Assembly: GCA_028534125.1 (NCBI GenBank)
Contig: CM052851.1
Coordinates: forward strand, 2,542,001-2,606,000
Direction: 5' to 3'
DNA from: Lama glama
Lineage: Eukaryota
DNA length: 64,000 nucleotides
Shown: piece by piece, positions 1 through 11,812 of the stretch
Position numbering within the stretch: position 1 is the first letter of the stretch
Layout of the letters: the number at the start of each line of letters is the position of its first letter
Notes under the pieces: model-generated
Told to the model about the DNA's origin: nothing
The model's input: the letters and a program-made list of their open reading frames with translations, nothing else
Database searches by the model: none
Position numbers and translations under genes: made by a program

Positions 1-1249
1 CAGCGCTCCACGATTTCTTGACAGAGCACAGGCTGGGTACAAGCCGCACCCTAATTTTAGCTCCCAGCACATTTGGGCTGGGACGAAAGCTGAGAAGCAC
101 AGGTCACGGGGGTGCTATGATTTGAAGTAATTCCCTCACCTCCTGGCGTCTTGCAACTTGCCACAGGCTCTGAGAATCCATGCCACCCGCAGAGATTCCT
201 AGCCGGGGCCGGTGGGGCTGCAGCCAGCCCCGCCTGGTGCTGGTGAGGCCGGGCAGGGCTGCCCGTGAGGGCCGCTGGAGGCTACCCAGCACCAGCCCCC
301 GGAAGCGCCCTACGCCCCCTGCCGGCTGCTGCCACCATCACCCGCCCTTTAGCAGAATCCGCGGGATCTGTGAGCACACTGTGAGGTGATGTCCTGTGTC
401 TTTTGGGGAAAGCATGGCGGTGCACGTCGCCTCTCCAGCCACGTGCAGAGGCTGCTGTGTGCCGCAGGCTCTCACGTTCCTTGTGGGGAATCGTGACTCA
501 GAGTCCCCGTCGTGCCCCACGCCACCCCCAGCAGCAAGCGCTGGGCCCCAGCACGGACTGGAGTGCTGGGGCGATGGGGTGGGTCCCAGGACCCTTGAGT
601 CACCCGCTAGTGGTGCTGGGAAGAACAGGCACGGGGATGCCCAGGGCTCTGGGCACAGGCAGACAGACAGACAGACGTGGCTGTGCTGGAGTCCCAGCTC
701 TGCCACCCTTTACTGAGTGGGATTTTGTAAGCTCCTTGAAACTGTGATTGGAGAAGGCAGGAAGCGGGCGCCTCACTGTAGTGTCGTTTTGAATGAAATG
801 ATGCGTTAAGTGAGGGTGGAGACACACCATGCAGAGGCGGGGAGGTGGGCGAAGCGGGTCAGGCGGAGGGCAGTGTCTCTGCACACACAGCTAGTCTGTG
901 TTTCTTTTTCGCCTTTTGAGAATGACACGGAAATAAAGGATTTTTCCCTCTCTTCCTAACCCTACAAGTCGCAAAGGGGCTGTGAGGACCTGGAGAGCTG
1001 CCCCCTCGTGGGAAACTGGCGCTTGACTCTGGCTCCGGGTGCTGTGCACGGGCGCGGGCTGGGTGCCACCGATCCTCTAGCTGTGCAGGGCGCCCAGATG
1101 CAAAGCTTTGTATGCAAAATCGCTCACCCTGTGTATGTTAGTGATCTATTAAAGGAAAACTGATTTGGCCTCAGAGTACCTATCAGCAGACTCCCGTAAA
1201 GATATTGGCGTAGATCCTGACACGAATAATACTGTAATTTTTAAAGTAT

Positions 1250-1410
1250 TCATCTACCCACCCACCATCTATCCATCTATTACTCTGTCCTCTCACCCAC
1301 TCACCCATTCATCCATCTTCCCACCCATCCATCCATTCATCCACCCACCCACTCCCATAGCTCTTCCAACCACCCCTTCATGCACACACCCATATGCCAT
1401 TCATCCATCC
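1250..1410. repeat. Degenerate (CCAT/CCAC)n simple repeat running into an assembly gap
   Basis: CATCCATCCATTCATCCACCCACCC… up to the N run. Confidence 0.85.
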
Positions 1411-1600
1411 NNNNNNNNNNNNNNNNNNNNNNNNNNNNNNNNNNNNNNNNNNNNNNNNNNNNNNNNNNNNNNNNNNNNNNNNNNNNNNNNNNNNNNNNNN
1501 NNNNNNNNNNNNNNNNNNNNNNNNNNNNNNNNNNNNNNNNNNNNNNNNNNNNNNNNNNNNNNNNNNNNNNNNNNNNNNNNNNNNNNNNNNNNNNNNNNNN
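1411..1600. other. Assembly gap
   Basis: N run. Confidence 1.
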
Positions 1601-3165
1601 GCTTGTAGCCAGTCTGCCCAGCCCTACGCTCAGTGCTGAGGCTGCGCTCTGCACACAGAAAGCGGCTCTCCTGCCTTCAAGGGCAGCCGGTTTATCTTCA
1701 CCCCCGTCTCCTATGAGGTTGAGGACCAAGATTTAACCCAGGAGTTCCTGCCCTCCTGTCTTCTTACCGCTGGGTGCACGCCCAGGTTGTGCCATAACAA
1801 GTCCTGAGTTTTGTGCCGGCCGGGGCTGGGCTGGGCTGAGCTGCGGCTCCTGCCTGTTCTCCCCTTGTCTTCCCAGCCAGCCTTCGACATGATCCACAGA
1901 CGTGATTTCCAAGATCTCCAGTTGCTGAAATGTCTGTGGTGATCAGAACCTTCTGTTCGTCCTGCCAGTCAGTTGCTGTGACACACGTGTGGCACTGCTT
2001 GGCCCCTTCGAGGGGACAGAAAGAGAAGCCAGCAGGAGAAGGGTGCTCAGTCCCACTGGGCTGTGCGTCCTTAGGGCTGTCCTAGGGCGGGTCCCGTCCT
2101 GGTTTTTGTAGGCGCACCAGGTGAAGGGGCAGCGGGGACCCAGGTGGTGGGCGCATTCTGCTCCTATGGGTTCTGAGTACTGGGACCACCTCCCAGGACG
2201 GGATGGCACAGGGCTTGGGACTCACATCCTCACAGCTTCCCATGAGGGTCAGCGAACACGAAGTGGCCGGAAGCGCGCCTGACCCATCACGGTGCTTGCC
2301 ATTTGTTACCATCCTCAGTACCACGACTGTCAGCGCTGCTCTGGGGTGGCCCCCAGCCGGGGGAGGGCAGGGCTCGCTCGCACAGGGTGGTGGTGCTGGT
2401 GGGTGAGGCTCTCCCCTTGTCCGGGGACCTGTGGAGGGTGGGGTGCTGGGCAGGGGGGCGAGGTCGGGAGCCCCTCCCGGCAGTGGGAGCTGCGGACGAT
2501 TTCCAAAGCAGTGCTCTGGCTGGAGCTGCATTTGGTGGGGGCGGGGGTTCGATCTGGACTCCGGTGGATCAGGAAGGAAGAGGCTGCCTGGAGCCCGAAG
2601 GTTGTTGCAGTTGCGGGGAGGAGAAGACCTGAGCCGGGGGCGCGGGGCCCAGCAGGGAGGGCCCGCCGGTCCTCCGCGCTCCTCCACCCGCAGCGTCCGG
2701 AAGCCTGGCTCACGTCTCAGCCGCTAAGACGTCCGTCCCCTGGGCTCGGGGTACCTTGTTTGCTTCCTCCAAGCTCTTTCGTCATGTGACCAAATTGGCT
2801 TAGGGAGGAGGGAGCAGGGCAGGCGGTTTTAATTATCGCTCATAATGAAGCCGGTGACAAGCACGCGCGCCTGCTGTGCAGACAGCCTGGGCCACGGGGA
2901 CACCTGTCGGCGTCCTTTCTCTGTGACAGGTCACCAGAAGCGTCCAGGTTTCTAGGACAACGGGACGAGGCCCTGGACCACCTCGCTCCGTGGGTGACAA
3001 TTAGAACTTCCAGGGCCGGGTTTCTGAGAGTCGTGGGTGAAGCGCTCTTCTGACCTCTGCAGAAATGTACTTGAGCGCGGCCCGGGCCACGGCCCCTCCC
3101 CGGCGGTGGGGAGACCAGAGTCCCGTCCCGGCTCAGGATGGGCCGTCCGGGGGGCCAGGGCCTTC

Positions 3166-3878
3166 TGTTGCTGAAACCCGGCCTCTGTACACCAATCGCT
3201 GAATTAACACTCAGACAGTTTTGGGTGAGACAGAAAAGACAAGTTTATTTCTTCGCCAGACAAAGCGGGTCACAGTGTCGGCTAGTGACTTCAAGACTCT
3301 GCGTCTCCTTGGGGAGGAGTGGTGGGGAGTTTTCTAGCAGAGGTCCAGGGAACAGTGCTTCTGATAATGATCCAAGCGTACACGGGGATGTGGTCGTTTT
3401 GCGACAGTCACGCTGGTGTCAAGGAAGTCTGGTGATGGGGTCTCCAGTTCCTGTGGGTACCAGACCACGTCCTGCTCCTCCCGCGGGCTGGGGCCGGGGT
3501 TTGCCTCCTATTCCGTGAGTTAACAAACCACATCTCTTCACATCCCTGTGCCTGGAACAAAGGCTGCTCAGGGAGGAGGGGGGCCCGTGGGCTTGTGTTC
3601 CAAGGAAGAGAAAAGTATGTGCAGTTTAAAATCAAGCTGATGTGCGCTTTGGCGTGAGGGAAGCCGTCTTAGGTGACGGCTGTGTTACCAGTGACAGATG
3701 CTGTGTGGTGACCAGTGCCCCCCACCCCGCCCGTTAATCCATTCCTCCTGTTTGGTGGGGGTTTTAGCATCTGAAAAACTCGTGAGGTACTATTCTAAGC
3801 CCTTCAGAGAGGAGCTGCAGCAGAGGACGCGGGGAGGGGTCTGTCCGGGGAAGACCCATAGGGTCCCGCCCACTGGCA
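3166..3878 (-). mobile_element. ERV1-type solo LTR (family unassigned; related to copies at 42550 and 43559)
   Basis: TG…CA ends; 4-bp TSD CTTC/CTTT; TTTATT (antisense polyA signal) near 3245; right portion resembles the 42.5-44 kb LTRs. Confidence 0.65.
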
Positions 3879-4502
3879 CTTTGCTTCGTAAGACCTACTC
3901 CCCACTGAGAACAGAGAGGGCTTCCTCAGCTGGACGTTCTGCGTTGCCAGCAGGTGGCTGAGCCTTCCCCAGTGCGAGTCTGTGGACTCTCCTCCATTCA
4001 CGCCTCCCGCAGCCCCCCTTCCAGAAGGGCCTCTGCTGGCTTGTCCCTAAACAGGGACTGAGGTTTGCCCCCTCCCTCTCCGGCTCTGACCGGCCAGCTT
4101 GGACCACACCCTTGAAGGCTGGACTGGGACCCTCGAGTGAGATCCTTGCTCTGTGTCTGCCGGGGGCTCGTTTGGGCAGCACCGATGGCCCCCAGTCCAA
4201 GGCGCCATGCCTCTCGGGGCCATGAGCTGGTCACCGCTTTGGGTGGACTCGCTGACGGATGACAGTGTTACCTCAGCATCCTTGGGGGTGGTAACTGTCC
4301 TTCTGGTAATTGACAAAGGACCTCGGCGACTTGAAATAATTTTGGTCTTTATCAAAAACGTATTTATTTGGCTTTTCTTCATTGGGAGGTAATAGTTGGT
4401 CTTCACAGAAATTACACAAATACGTGTTCTTCTGAAAGTCGCCCGCATCCCCATCCCGCTGAGGTAATCGCTGTCAGCGTCAAGGCAGCGCCTTCAGGGG
4501 GT

Positions 4503-4937
4503 TTTGCTGGGTGAATGGTGTCAGCCCCTACCCCGAACTTCACGCCCACCCAGGACCTCCGAATGTAACCGTATTTGGAAATAAGGGTTTTGCCAACTTA
4601 ATTAGTTCAGTTAAATTAGGTCGCACCGAATTAAGATGGGCCCTGACCCGCCGGCCGGCATCTTTATAAGAGAAAGGAGAGGGGGCTTCAGGTCCAGAGA
4701 CCCATGGACACGCACACAGAAGACGGAGGTGGAGGCTGGAGAGACGCGGTGACAAGCCAAGGGACGCGGGAGCTCCCGGAAGCTGGGAGAGGCAGGAGGC
4801 CCCTCCCTGGGGCCCCAGAGGGGGCCGGGCCCAAGCGGCACCTTCATTGTGGGCTTCGGGCCTCCAGAACCGCGAGAGACCACATTCCTGCTCTCCAGAG
4901 CCGCCCGGTTTCCCGCACCCCCAGGACGCTGATTCGG
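4503..4937 (+). mobile_element. MLT1 (MaLR) solo LTR
   Basis: GAATGTAACCGTATTTGGAAATAAGG…CTTTATAAGAG…CAAGCCAAGG…GAAGCTGGGAGAGGCA…GCCTCCAGAACCGCGAGA. Confidence 0.82.
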
Positions 4938-6249
4938 AGGTCACGCCCATACTTTAGTTTTACCTCCTCCCCAACTGGGAGTCCACACAGACGCCCAGAA
5001 GTCCTCCCACGCGCAGCAAACTCCAAGGTGACACCTGCTGTTTGGATGAGACATCTGCCTTTGTGGTGTCCCTCAGGAGTCGGTTACTGCCGGCGCTCCC
5101 AGGCCCCGGGCACCAGCTTTGCTTCTCATCAGCTCCTTACGCGGGGAGTGTTCCTTGGGGGCCCTGGAAGGTTCTGGGGCTCCCACGCTCCTGGAGGTGA
5201 AGCTCCAAGCATCAGGCCTGTGGGAGGCACTGAGACCCGTGTCCAGCCCCACCCAGCTCTGCAGGGCCCTGCCGGACCGGCCAAGGCTCCCTCCCTCCAC
5301 GCAGACCCACGCCAGGCGCTGGAGGGGCTGCAGCCTGGCTCCCCGGGACACGGCCCCTCGAGCGTGCCTGAGCCCGGCCCCCCACCGCCTCCCACATCGC
5401 TGGGCCAGGGACCCTCCGCTTCATCTTGTTGACAGTGATCTGGAGACTCAGTGGCTCTCAAAGCCCTGCCAGGGCGACTGCCTCCCTGACTCCACGAGGG
5501 CCCTTCTCAAGGCTCCCTTGTCCTGGTTGTGGTTCTCAAGGAAAACACGGCCCCCCAGAGACCTGGACTGCTTGGAGTGTGGTCCTGTCACACTGCCGTC
5601 CTCGAGGGGGACAGCCTCTCCGTCCCCCTGCCCTCCCGCAGTCCTCCCGCCCCTGCCCTGCCTCCCACAGGGCGACCCCCTTTACCTTCCCTGCACCGTG
5701 TTCTGGGGAAGCACCTTCTAAATGTTGTTGGAGCAGTGGGACAACCGGCCACGTGCTCTAGCACAGAGAGGTGTTTTGTGTCTGAATTGGAGCCTGTCTC
5801 GTCCCTTGGACCCCATAGGTCTCCCCTGCTGTCAGCAAACCCCACGGATGCCTATTTCCCCGTGTGCAGAATGGCCTGTGGGGTCTGGCTTTTAAATGGA
5901 GCTACATTTTGTTTTATTACAGAGTGTGTAGGAACTGGAACATGTTGCTTGGTAGAATTCCATGGGTCAGTGTTTTTTTTATTGATCGATCACATTTCAT
6001 TATAATTACCTGTTTATGCGTCTGTCTCCCCACCAGACTCTGGGGACCACGGGGCTCTGACCCTTGGACCCACTCAGATACATCTGGAGAGCTGAACCTC
6101 ACCCTCTGGTGCAACTGGCCCCGAAGCCCTAAACGACTCTGCTGCTCCTCTCTCGGGTGTGAGAAAGTCGGTGTTGCCAGCCCCAGTAGCCACGGGGAGA
6201 TTTGGCTATGAGTGACAAGTTGATTACAAATTTTTTAAAAGTTTGTCTT

Positions 6250-6585
6250 TCCAGTTAAAGTTCAGCTGGGTGTTCTAGCCCTAGGACAGTGTTCCCTGGT
6301 ATCTGAGACCCAGTTCATTCTGTCTCATTACTCCACCATGTGTGGACTTCATTCCCAGTGCTCCTCATAGGCCAAGGTGGCTGCTTCAGCTCCACCCAAC
6401 ACATCGTCATTCTAATCAGCCAGAAATAAAAAGGAGTAGGAGCCAGGCATGTCCCCACCCTGTAAGGGCACTTCATTTGCATCTCATTGGCTAGGACCTT
6501 ACCACATGGCTCTCTTCTAGAAGGGAAATGCCATTTTATTTCTGGGTGACCAGGTGATCAGCTGAAGGGCCAGTTTCTGTTACAG
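6250..6585 (-). mobile_element. Old MLT1 (J/K-like) LTR fragment
   Basis: CCAAGGTGGCTGCTTCAGCTCCA…CACATC…ATCTCATTGGCTAGGAC…CACATGG. Confidence 0.55.
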
Positions 6586-7524
6586 AAGATGAGAGGATAG
6601 AAAAAGGGACAGGCAGGAGCCCAGGCCATGCCAGCCCTTTCTTTTGCCTTTATTGAGGAAGAGATCTTTCCCAGAGGAAAGTGTGTCCTTTCCCTGTGAG
6701 GCTCTGGGATTTGGATCTGAGGGTTGGGGAGAAAGGAGCTGGTGGAATGGAAACTCTGGAGATCTGGGCATTATGAAGAGAGTCCGGGAATCCTCCTCGG
6801 GAGCTATTGGTCCCTTGCGGGCTGGCTGCTGCCCTCCTCCCGCAGCCCCTCGGAGAGCCACGCCCACGTCTGTGGGTCACTTCAGGGCACAGACACTGGC
6901 TTGAGCGTGGGCAGCGGCAGTGTGCTCACTTTATGGGTGGAGAGTGTGCTCGGGCGGGGGACCCCTGCCCAGAGACACGCTGAGGGGCTGGCCTTGCAGG
7001 GCCTCCTCCTCTAAACTCCCCCAGTCTCGGCAGCTGGCATGGGTCCTTCTGGGCAATGCCATCCACGCTACCCACTGGCAGCCGCAGTTACAGTTAGTTA
7101 CCCCAGGACAAGGGGGGGACGAGCTTGGAGCCCAGAACATGCAGGGCTGCCGACTCCACCAGGAGCGGTGAGGACACACATTTCTTAGCAGAGACAGTTT
7201 CCACGCTGGGCTCCTTCAGAGGCTCTGGGCACCGCCTGGGCAAGTAGGAGGGAGAGATGGAAACCACCCACACCTGCCCCCAGCGAATGCAGGCTTCTCA
7301 TTCAGGGAAAACTCAGTGAAACCCTCCGCCCCTCCCTGCTCCTCTTAGCCAGGAGGCCGGGATGGGGCTCGGAGCCGACATCGCCAGGGCTAAGTCCCAG
7401 GTGGAGCTGTGTGACCATGGGCACGTTGCTGGACCTCTCTGCGCTTGTCTGGCCATCTGAATATCAGCCTCCTGCCCGACACTGTTGTGAAGATCCAGGG
7501 AGATGAGGAAGGATACGCAGGGTG

Positions 7525-7810
7525 AAGCAGTCACAGAAGGACAAATCCGGCACGAGTCCAATCGTATGAGGACCTCAAGTCATCAGCTCATGGGAACAGA
7601 AAGTAGATGGTGGGGTCAGGGCTGGGGAGGGGGTTGGGGGTTAGTGTTTGACGGGGACAGAGGTTCAGTTTGGGGAGATGGAGAGGTTCTGGGCACGGTG
7701 AGGGGGTGGCTGCGCGGCAGCGTGAGTGTGCTCGTGCCTCTGAGCCGCGCCCTGAAGGAGGGCTGAAGTGGTATATTGTATATTGTGTGTGTTTTTCCAC
7801 AATTAAAAAT
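7525..7810 (+). mobile_element. L1MB-like 3' end
   Basis: CAGTCACAGAAGGACAAAT…ACAGAAAGTAGATGGTGG…AGAGGTTCAGTTTGGGGAGATG…CACAATTAAAAA. Confidence 0.8.
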
Positions 7811-10164
7811 AGCTTTCTTAGCAGGGAGGTAAGGTAGTAAAACATTTACCCCGATCATCAGACAGAAGGCTCGAAGAAAGGCAGCTGTCAGTGGATTTGA
7901 CTTGAGCTTCTGTTGGCGTATTTTTGCCTTGCTTTCCTCTGATCGCATCAACGCCGGAATAAGAACACCCAAAGGGAGAAGTGAGCCAGGAATAGCTGGA
8001 GGGCGTGTCCGCGCGTTCAGTCCCCCCTCCGGCTCCCACGGTTCCCATTTGCTGGAGGGGAGCCAAGGCCTGGAGGCGAGGTTGCCCGCCCAGGGCTGCG
8101 CCCCGGTGGGACGCAGGGGTCCGCCCAGGCCAGGCCCCCACCTCCTTGGCAGGCCTGCCTCCACCCTCAGCCTGGATGGAGAGATCGGCCTCACGGTCCC
8201 TGCCCAAGCCCGTCTGTCGCCGTGGTGGGCGTGCCGTTCCAAGCGCGCTGGGCCCAGGCTGTTGACAGCGCTGACCGTCACCAGGCTCACCCCAGCCAGC
8301 CGTCCATGTTCATAGGTCAGGCCCCCGAGGTGGGTCACCGACTCAGAAGGCTGGAGTGTCCCTGTGGCTCTGGTGCCCGGAGTCAAGTCCCAGCTTGATT
8401 CCTGGTGGTCTTGAAAGGGACTGGGGCTCGCTCCTGGGACAAGCCAGGGGTTCCGATTCCGATCATGAGCTCAGTCGTGCTCTGGGGGGCACTTTGGGGG
8501 GCCCATGTCACCATGACACCAGGCCTGCGCCCTGATCGCGTGTGCAGAGTCCTGGGTTCTGGGGAGTCCCAGGCTGCCCCGCACAACACAGGTCTGGGGT
8601 CGAATTCTGCTGGAAACACTGCCCGCTTCATCCCGCTATTGGACCCGCGGGATGCACTTTAGGACGTTAAAGGCCCTGGTGGGTCCTGCGGCCAAGCTGC
8701 CCCCTAACTTTGACGTGGTGTTTTCCAAACTCGACTGTGGCACCTCTGTTACACAGTCTGCCTCCAGGGTCCCCAGGGTCCCATGGAACTCGCTTTGGGA
8801 AAGCCACACTGAGTCAACACCAGGGGCCGTGTGACTGCTGAGCCCGGTGGGGACCCCGGGGTGAGCTCGGATACCCACGTTCCCCTGCAGGGATGCTCAG
8901 AGAGGGAGCAGCTGTCATTCAGCCCCCGGCCCACAAGTTGCCGACAGCTCCCAGCAGATCCCGTTATCCACACTGTAAGGCACGTCCTGATAAAACAGGG
9001 ACTAGTCTCCGGCACTTAGAATCAGGAGCCTGTGTGTGGAAATCCAGGGTGCTGGCTGCTTTTTCAGGAAGTTGTCAGACAACTGCCATAGCTGAGACCT
9101 GGGGAGGAGTGGCCATCCTGGGAGGGCTCCCCACTCCTGCTCCGTGGGCTGTGAGTTGAGGACCAGTGGACCTCATGCTCTTCTCAGTAGCCAGCCCCAC
9201 CCCAGGCCCCACCGGACCTCCCAGCACCGCAAGGAAGCCACACCCCACACTGGCCAGCACCCCCCAGCAGTCCTGGGGCCCCCAGTGGCCCCTGGGCATG
9301 ATCTCCGAGTCCCGCCCCCAACTTTGGTCCACACTGTCCATGGTGTCCCATTTTGAAGCCAGATAACAAGGTTTCAAGGGGTCCAGTGGGTGGGGTACCC
9401 CTCCCCCAGGCAGAGCCGAGGCGATTCGTTTATCTGAAGACCTGGGTGGGGGCTGTGCAGGTGGCTTAGCTGCTCCGTTTGTGAACCTGGGCTGAATTAA
9501 CTGGGGGTTGAGCATGGGGTCGGAGTACTTGGCAGAGGGGGCCCTGGCAGTGGGTAGGGGCTGCTACCCCGTGCAGAGGGGTGCTCGGGCAGGACTTGGT
9601 GCCGGGCCCCCTTTCCAGAGGAACTTAAAGGTAACTTACGACGCCTCGGTCAGGTAGGGCAGTGATCTGGCCACCAGGCATCCCCCACTGCGTGTCTAAC
9701 AGCGACAGCGACTCTGGGGTGGTCGGCCATGCTTCCTGGCGTTGCATTTGCACTTAAAAACACAGAGTGGGGGGACAAGGCTGAGTCTGGGGTCCCATCG
9801 TCAAAGTGGTGCTGCCGGAGGTGAGGACATCCTGTGCCCAGCCAGCAGGAGGGCGGCCTCCCTAAAGCAGAGGCCTGTGCCCGGTCTCTCCGAGGCCCTC
9901 ACAGGAGCCCGCCTGGGGTGGGGCCTCCTCCGGTGTCCGCATCTGTCACCTATTAAACACAGGGCTCAGCTGTCTCGTTCCAGGCCCTGCCGGCCCAGCT
10001 GAGGTCACGCCCCTCCTCAGAGCAGAGAAGGAGGCTCAGCCCCGTGGCTCGGTGGTGGGGTCCGCACCGCAGGCCCCGTGTTTGGGTCATCCCATTTAGT
10101 GTCCCTGGTGCCCGCTGGGGGCAGGTCCTCTAGGCACCAGAGGGTGTGCAGGGCCTCAGCTGGC

Positions 10165-10360
10165 ATCCCAGCTGTGTGGCCTTGGGCAGGGAACTGAACC
10201 TCTCTGAGCTGAGGTTGCCTCCCTGGCATCATGGGATAACGCCACTCCACATTGCGTTGGTGCTGAGATCAGGCAGGGCTGGGACCTCGTCCGCAGCGGG
10301 ACAGTGTAACCCATGTCACTGTCATTGTTGTTATTAATTCACAGATGGGCAGCCCGAGGC
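10165..10360. mobile_element. MIR fragments
   Basis: AGCTGTGTGGCCTTGGGCAGG…AACCTCTCTGAGC; ACAGATGGGCAGCCCGAGGC. Confidence 0.55.
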
Positions 10361-11299
10361 AAAGAGGGTTCAGACATCGTGCCAGGAAGCCCACCGAAGG
10401 GCAGTGTGTTCATTTTCTGCCCAGATATGTAGGTCCCTCCCCAACTGCGCCACCGCCTTGAAGGCACGTGCCAGACCCCCTAGTTCCCGCCCTCTGCCTC
10501 CTCACCTTTCCAAAAGACATGCAACCTACTTCCAGCCTCAGGGTTGCTCCGAACCCAGGCGGCATCTGGGGCCCCTGATCGCGGTCCTCGGCCGCCTTTT
10601 CTAAACCCCACCCCCGAGAGAGACTGGGCAGGTCTGTGCGTCTCCTGCCCCGCTGCGCGCAGCTTACAGTCTAATGGCAGGGAGTGTGGAGTCGAGTGCT
10701 GGCAGTTAAGTCCAGCATGACCTCGCCCCGTGTCTGTTTTCAGCCCGTGCTGCGAACACGCTGGGAATTCAGTGTCCTTTCCTCCTTTGTTCTGTCGCTA
10801 TTTCGCATCTCTCTGTAATTATGGGAAACGTGTCTTCATTCAGTGAGGGCCACCTGTTTGAATCCTAATGCCGTTGGGCGCCCCTCTCCCCTTCATCACA
10901 TGCATCCTAGTTCTGCTGGGACCTCAGTCCATCAGGTCGCCCCGACTCCTGCCTCGGATCTCAGGGACGGGTGTCAGCTCAGTCTGCGTCGTGGCTGAGA
11001 AGCCAACTCCTTGGAAGTTTATGGAGCCCAACAGGAGAGACATCCTGGACTCACTGGGACACCCCGAGGGGCTGCGGTTCTCCCCGCCTGCTGCTCTGCT
11101 GGACGGAGAAGCCATGTGCCTTTGGCGCGCCGCTCGGAGTGGCATCGTGTCCCTGCTGAAAACCCGCCCGGGTGAGCGCGCGTTAGCGAGCGGGTCTCTC
11201 GCTCCTCCAAGTGTGCTGTCGTCTAGTCGAGACACATCTCCTCTATTTCTCACCCCCGGACACGAAGTTGTTTCCTTGTAAGAGAAAAATTTAGTTCCA

Positions 11300-11500
11300 G
11301 TTGCCTGGTCACATAAATTGGTGCAACTCTCTGGGGACAGCAGTTTGCCAAAAGTGTGTCCAAAGCCATAGAAACACTCAGATGTCTTTCTCGACCTGGT
11401 GATTCTGCTCTTAGAAATACAACCTGAGGCAGTGACTCCAAAGAGGAAAGATGCTACACATGTGAAGATGTTCTCGGCAGCATTAGTTATAAAAGTGAGG
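11300..11500 (+). mobile_element. Old L1M fragment hosting the SINE pair
   Basis: TAAATTGGTGCAAC…CAGTTTG…ATTCTGCTCTTAGAAAT…AAGATGTTC…GCAGCATTAGTTATAA. Confidence 0.6.
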
Positions 11501-11502
11501 CA

Positions 11503-11633
11503 GGGAGGGTGCAGCTCAGTGGTAGACTGCATGCCCAGCACGCATGAGGGCCTAGGTTCAATCCCCGGTCCCTCCATATTAATTAATCTATTAATAAACC
11601 AGATTACCTCCACCACCACCTCTCCTCAAAAAA
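11503..11633 (+). mobile_element. Vic-1-type (camelid) tRNA-Ala-derived SINE, copy 1
   Basis: GGGAGGGTGCAGCTCAGTGGTAGA (A box), GGTTCAATCC (B box, 11555-11564), AT-rich tail with ATTACCTCC motif and A-run. Confidence 0.85.
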
Positions 11634-11650
11634 GAGAGAGAAGACATTTT

Positions 11651-11812
11651 GGGGAGGTTATAGCCCAGGGGTAGAGCATATGCTTAGCATGCACAAGGTC
11701 CTGGGTTCAATCCCCAGCACCTCTATAAAATAACTAACTAACTAAATAAAACTAATTACCTCCCCCACAAAAGCAAACACACAAAAAACACCACAAGCAA
11801 AATAAATAAAAC
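11651..11812 (+). mobile_element. Vic-1-type tRNA-Ala-derived SINE, copy 2 (tandem to copy 1)
   Basis: GGGGAGGTTATAGCCCAGGGGTAGAG…TGCTTAGCATGCA (Ala AGC anticodon arm), B box 11704-11713, CTAATTACCTCCCCC, A-rich tail; possible degenerate TSD AAGACATTTT / AAACACTTTT. Confidence 0.88.

Noticed and set aside
9330-9350. Canonical RE1 site (CTGTCCATGGTGTCC)
   Set aside because: Lacks the GCTGA end of the left half; only a partial match.
11503-11724. Two tRNA-Ala(AGC) genes
   Set aside because: Acceptor and D stems are mismatched, and both carry SINE tails and sit inside an L1; they are SINE heads.
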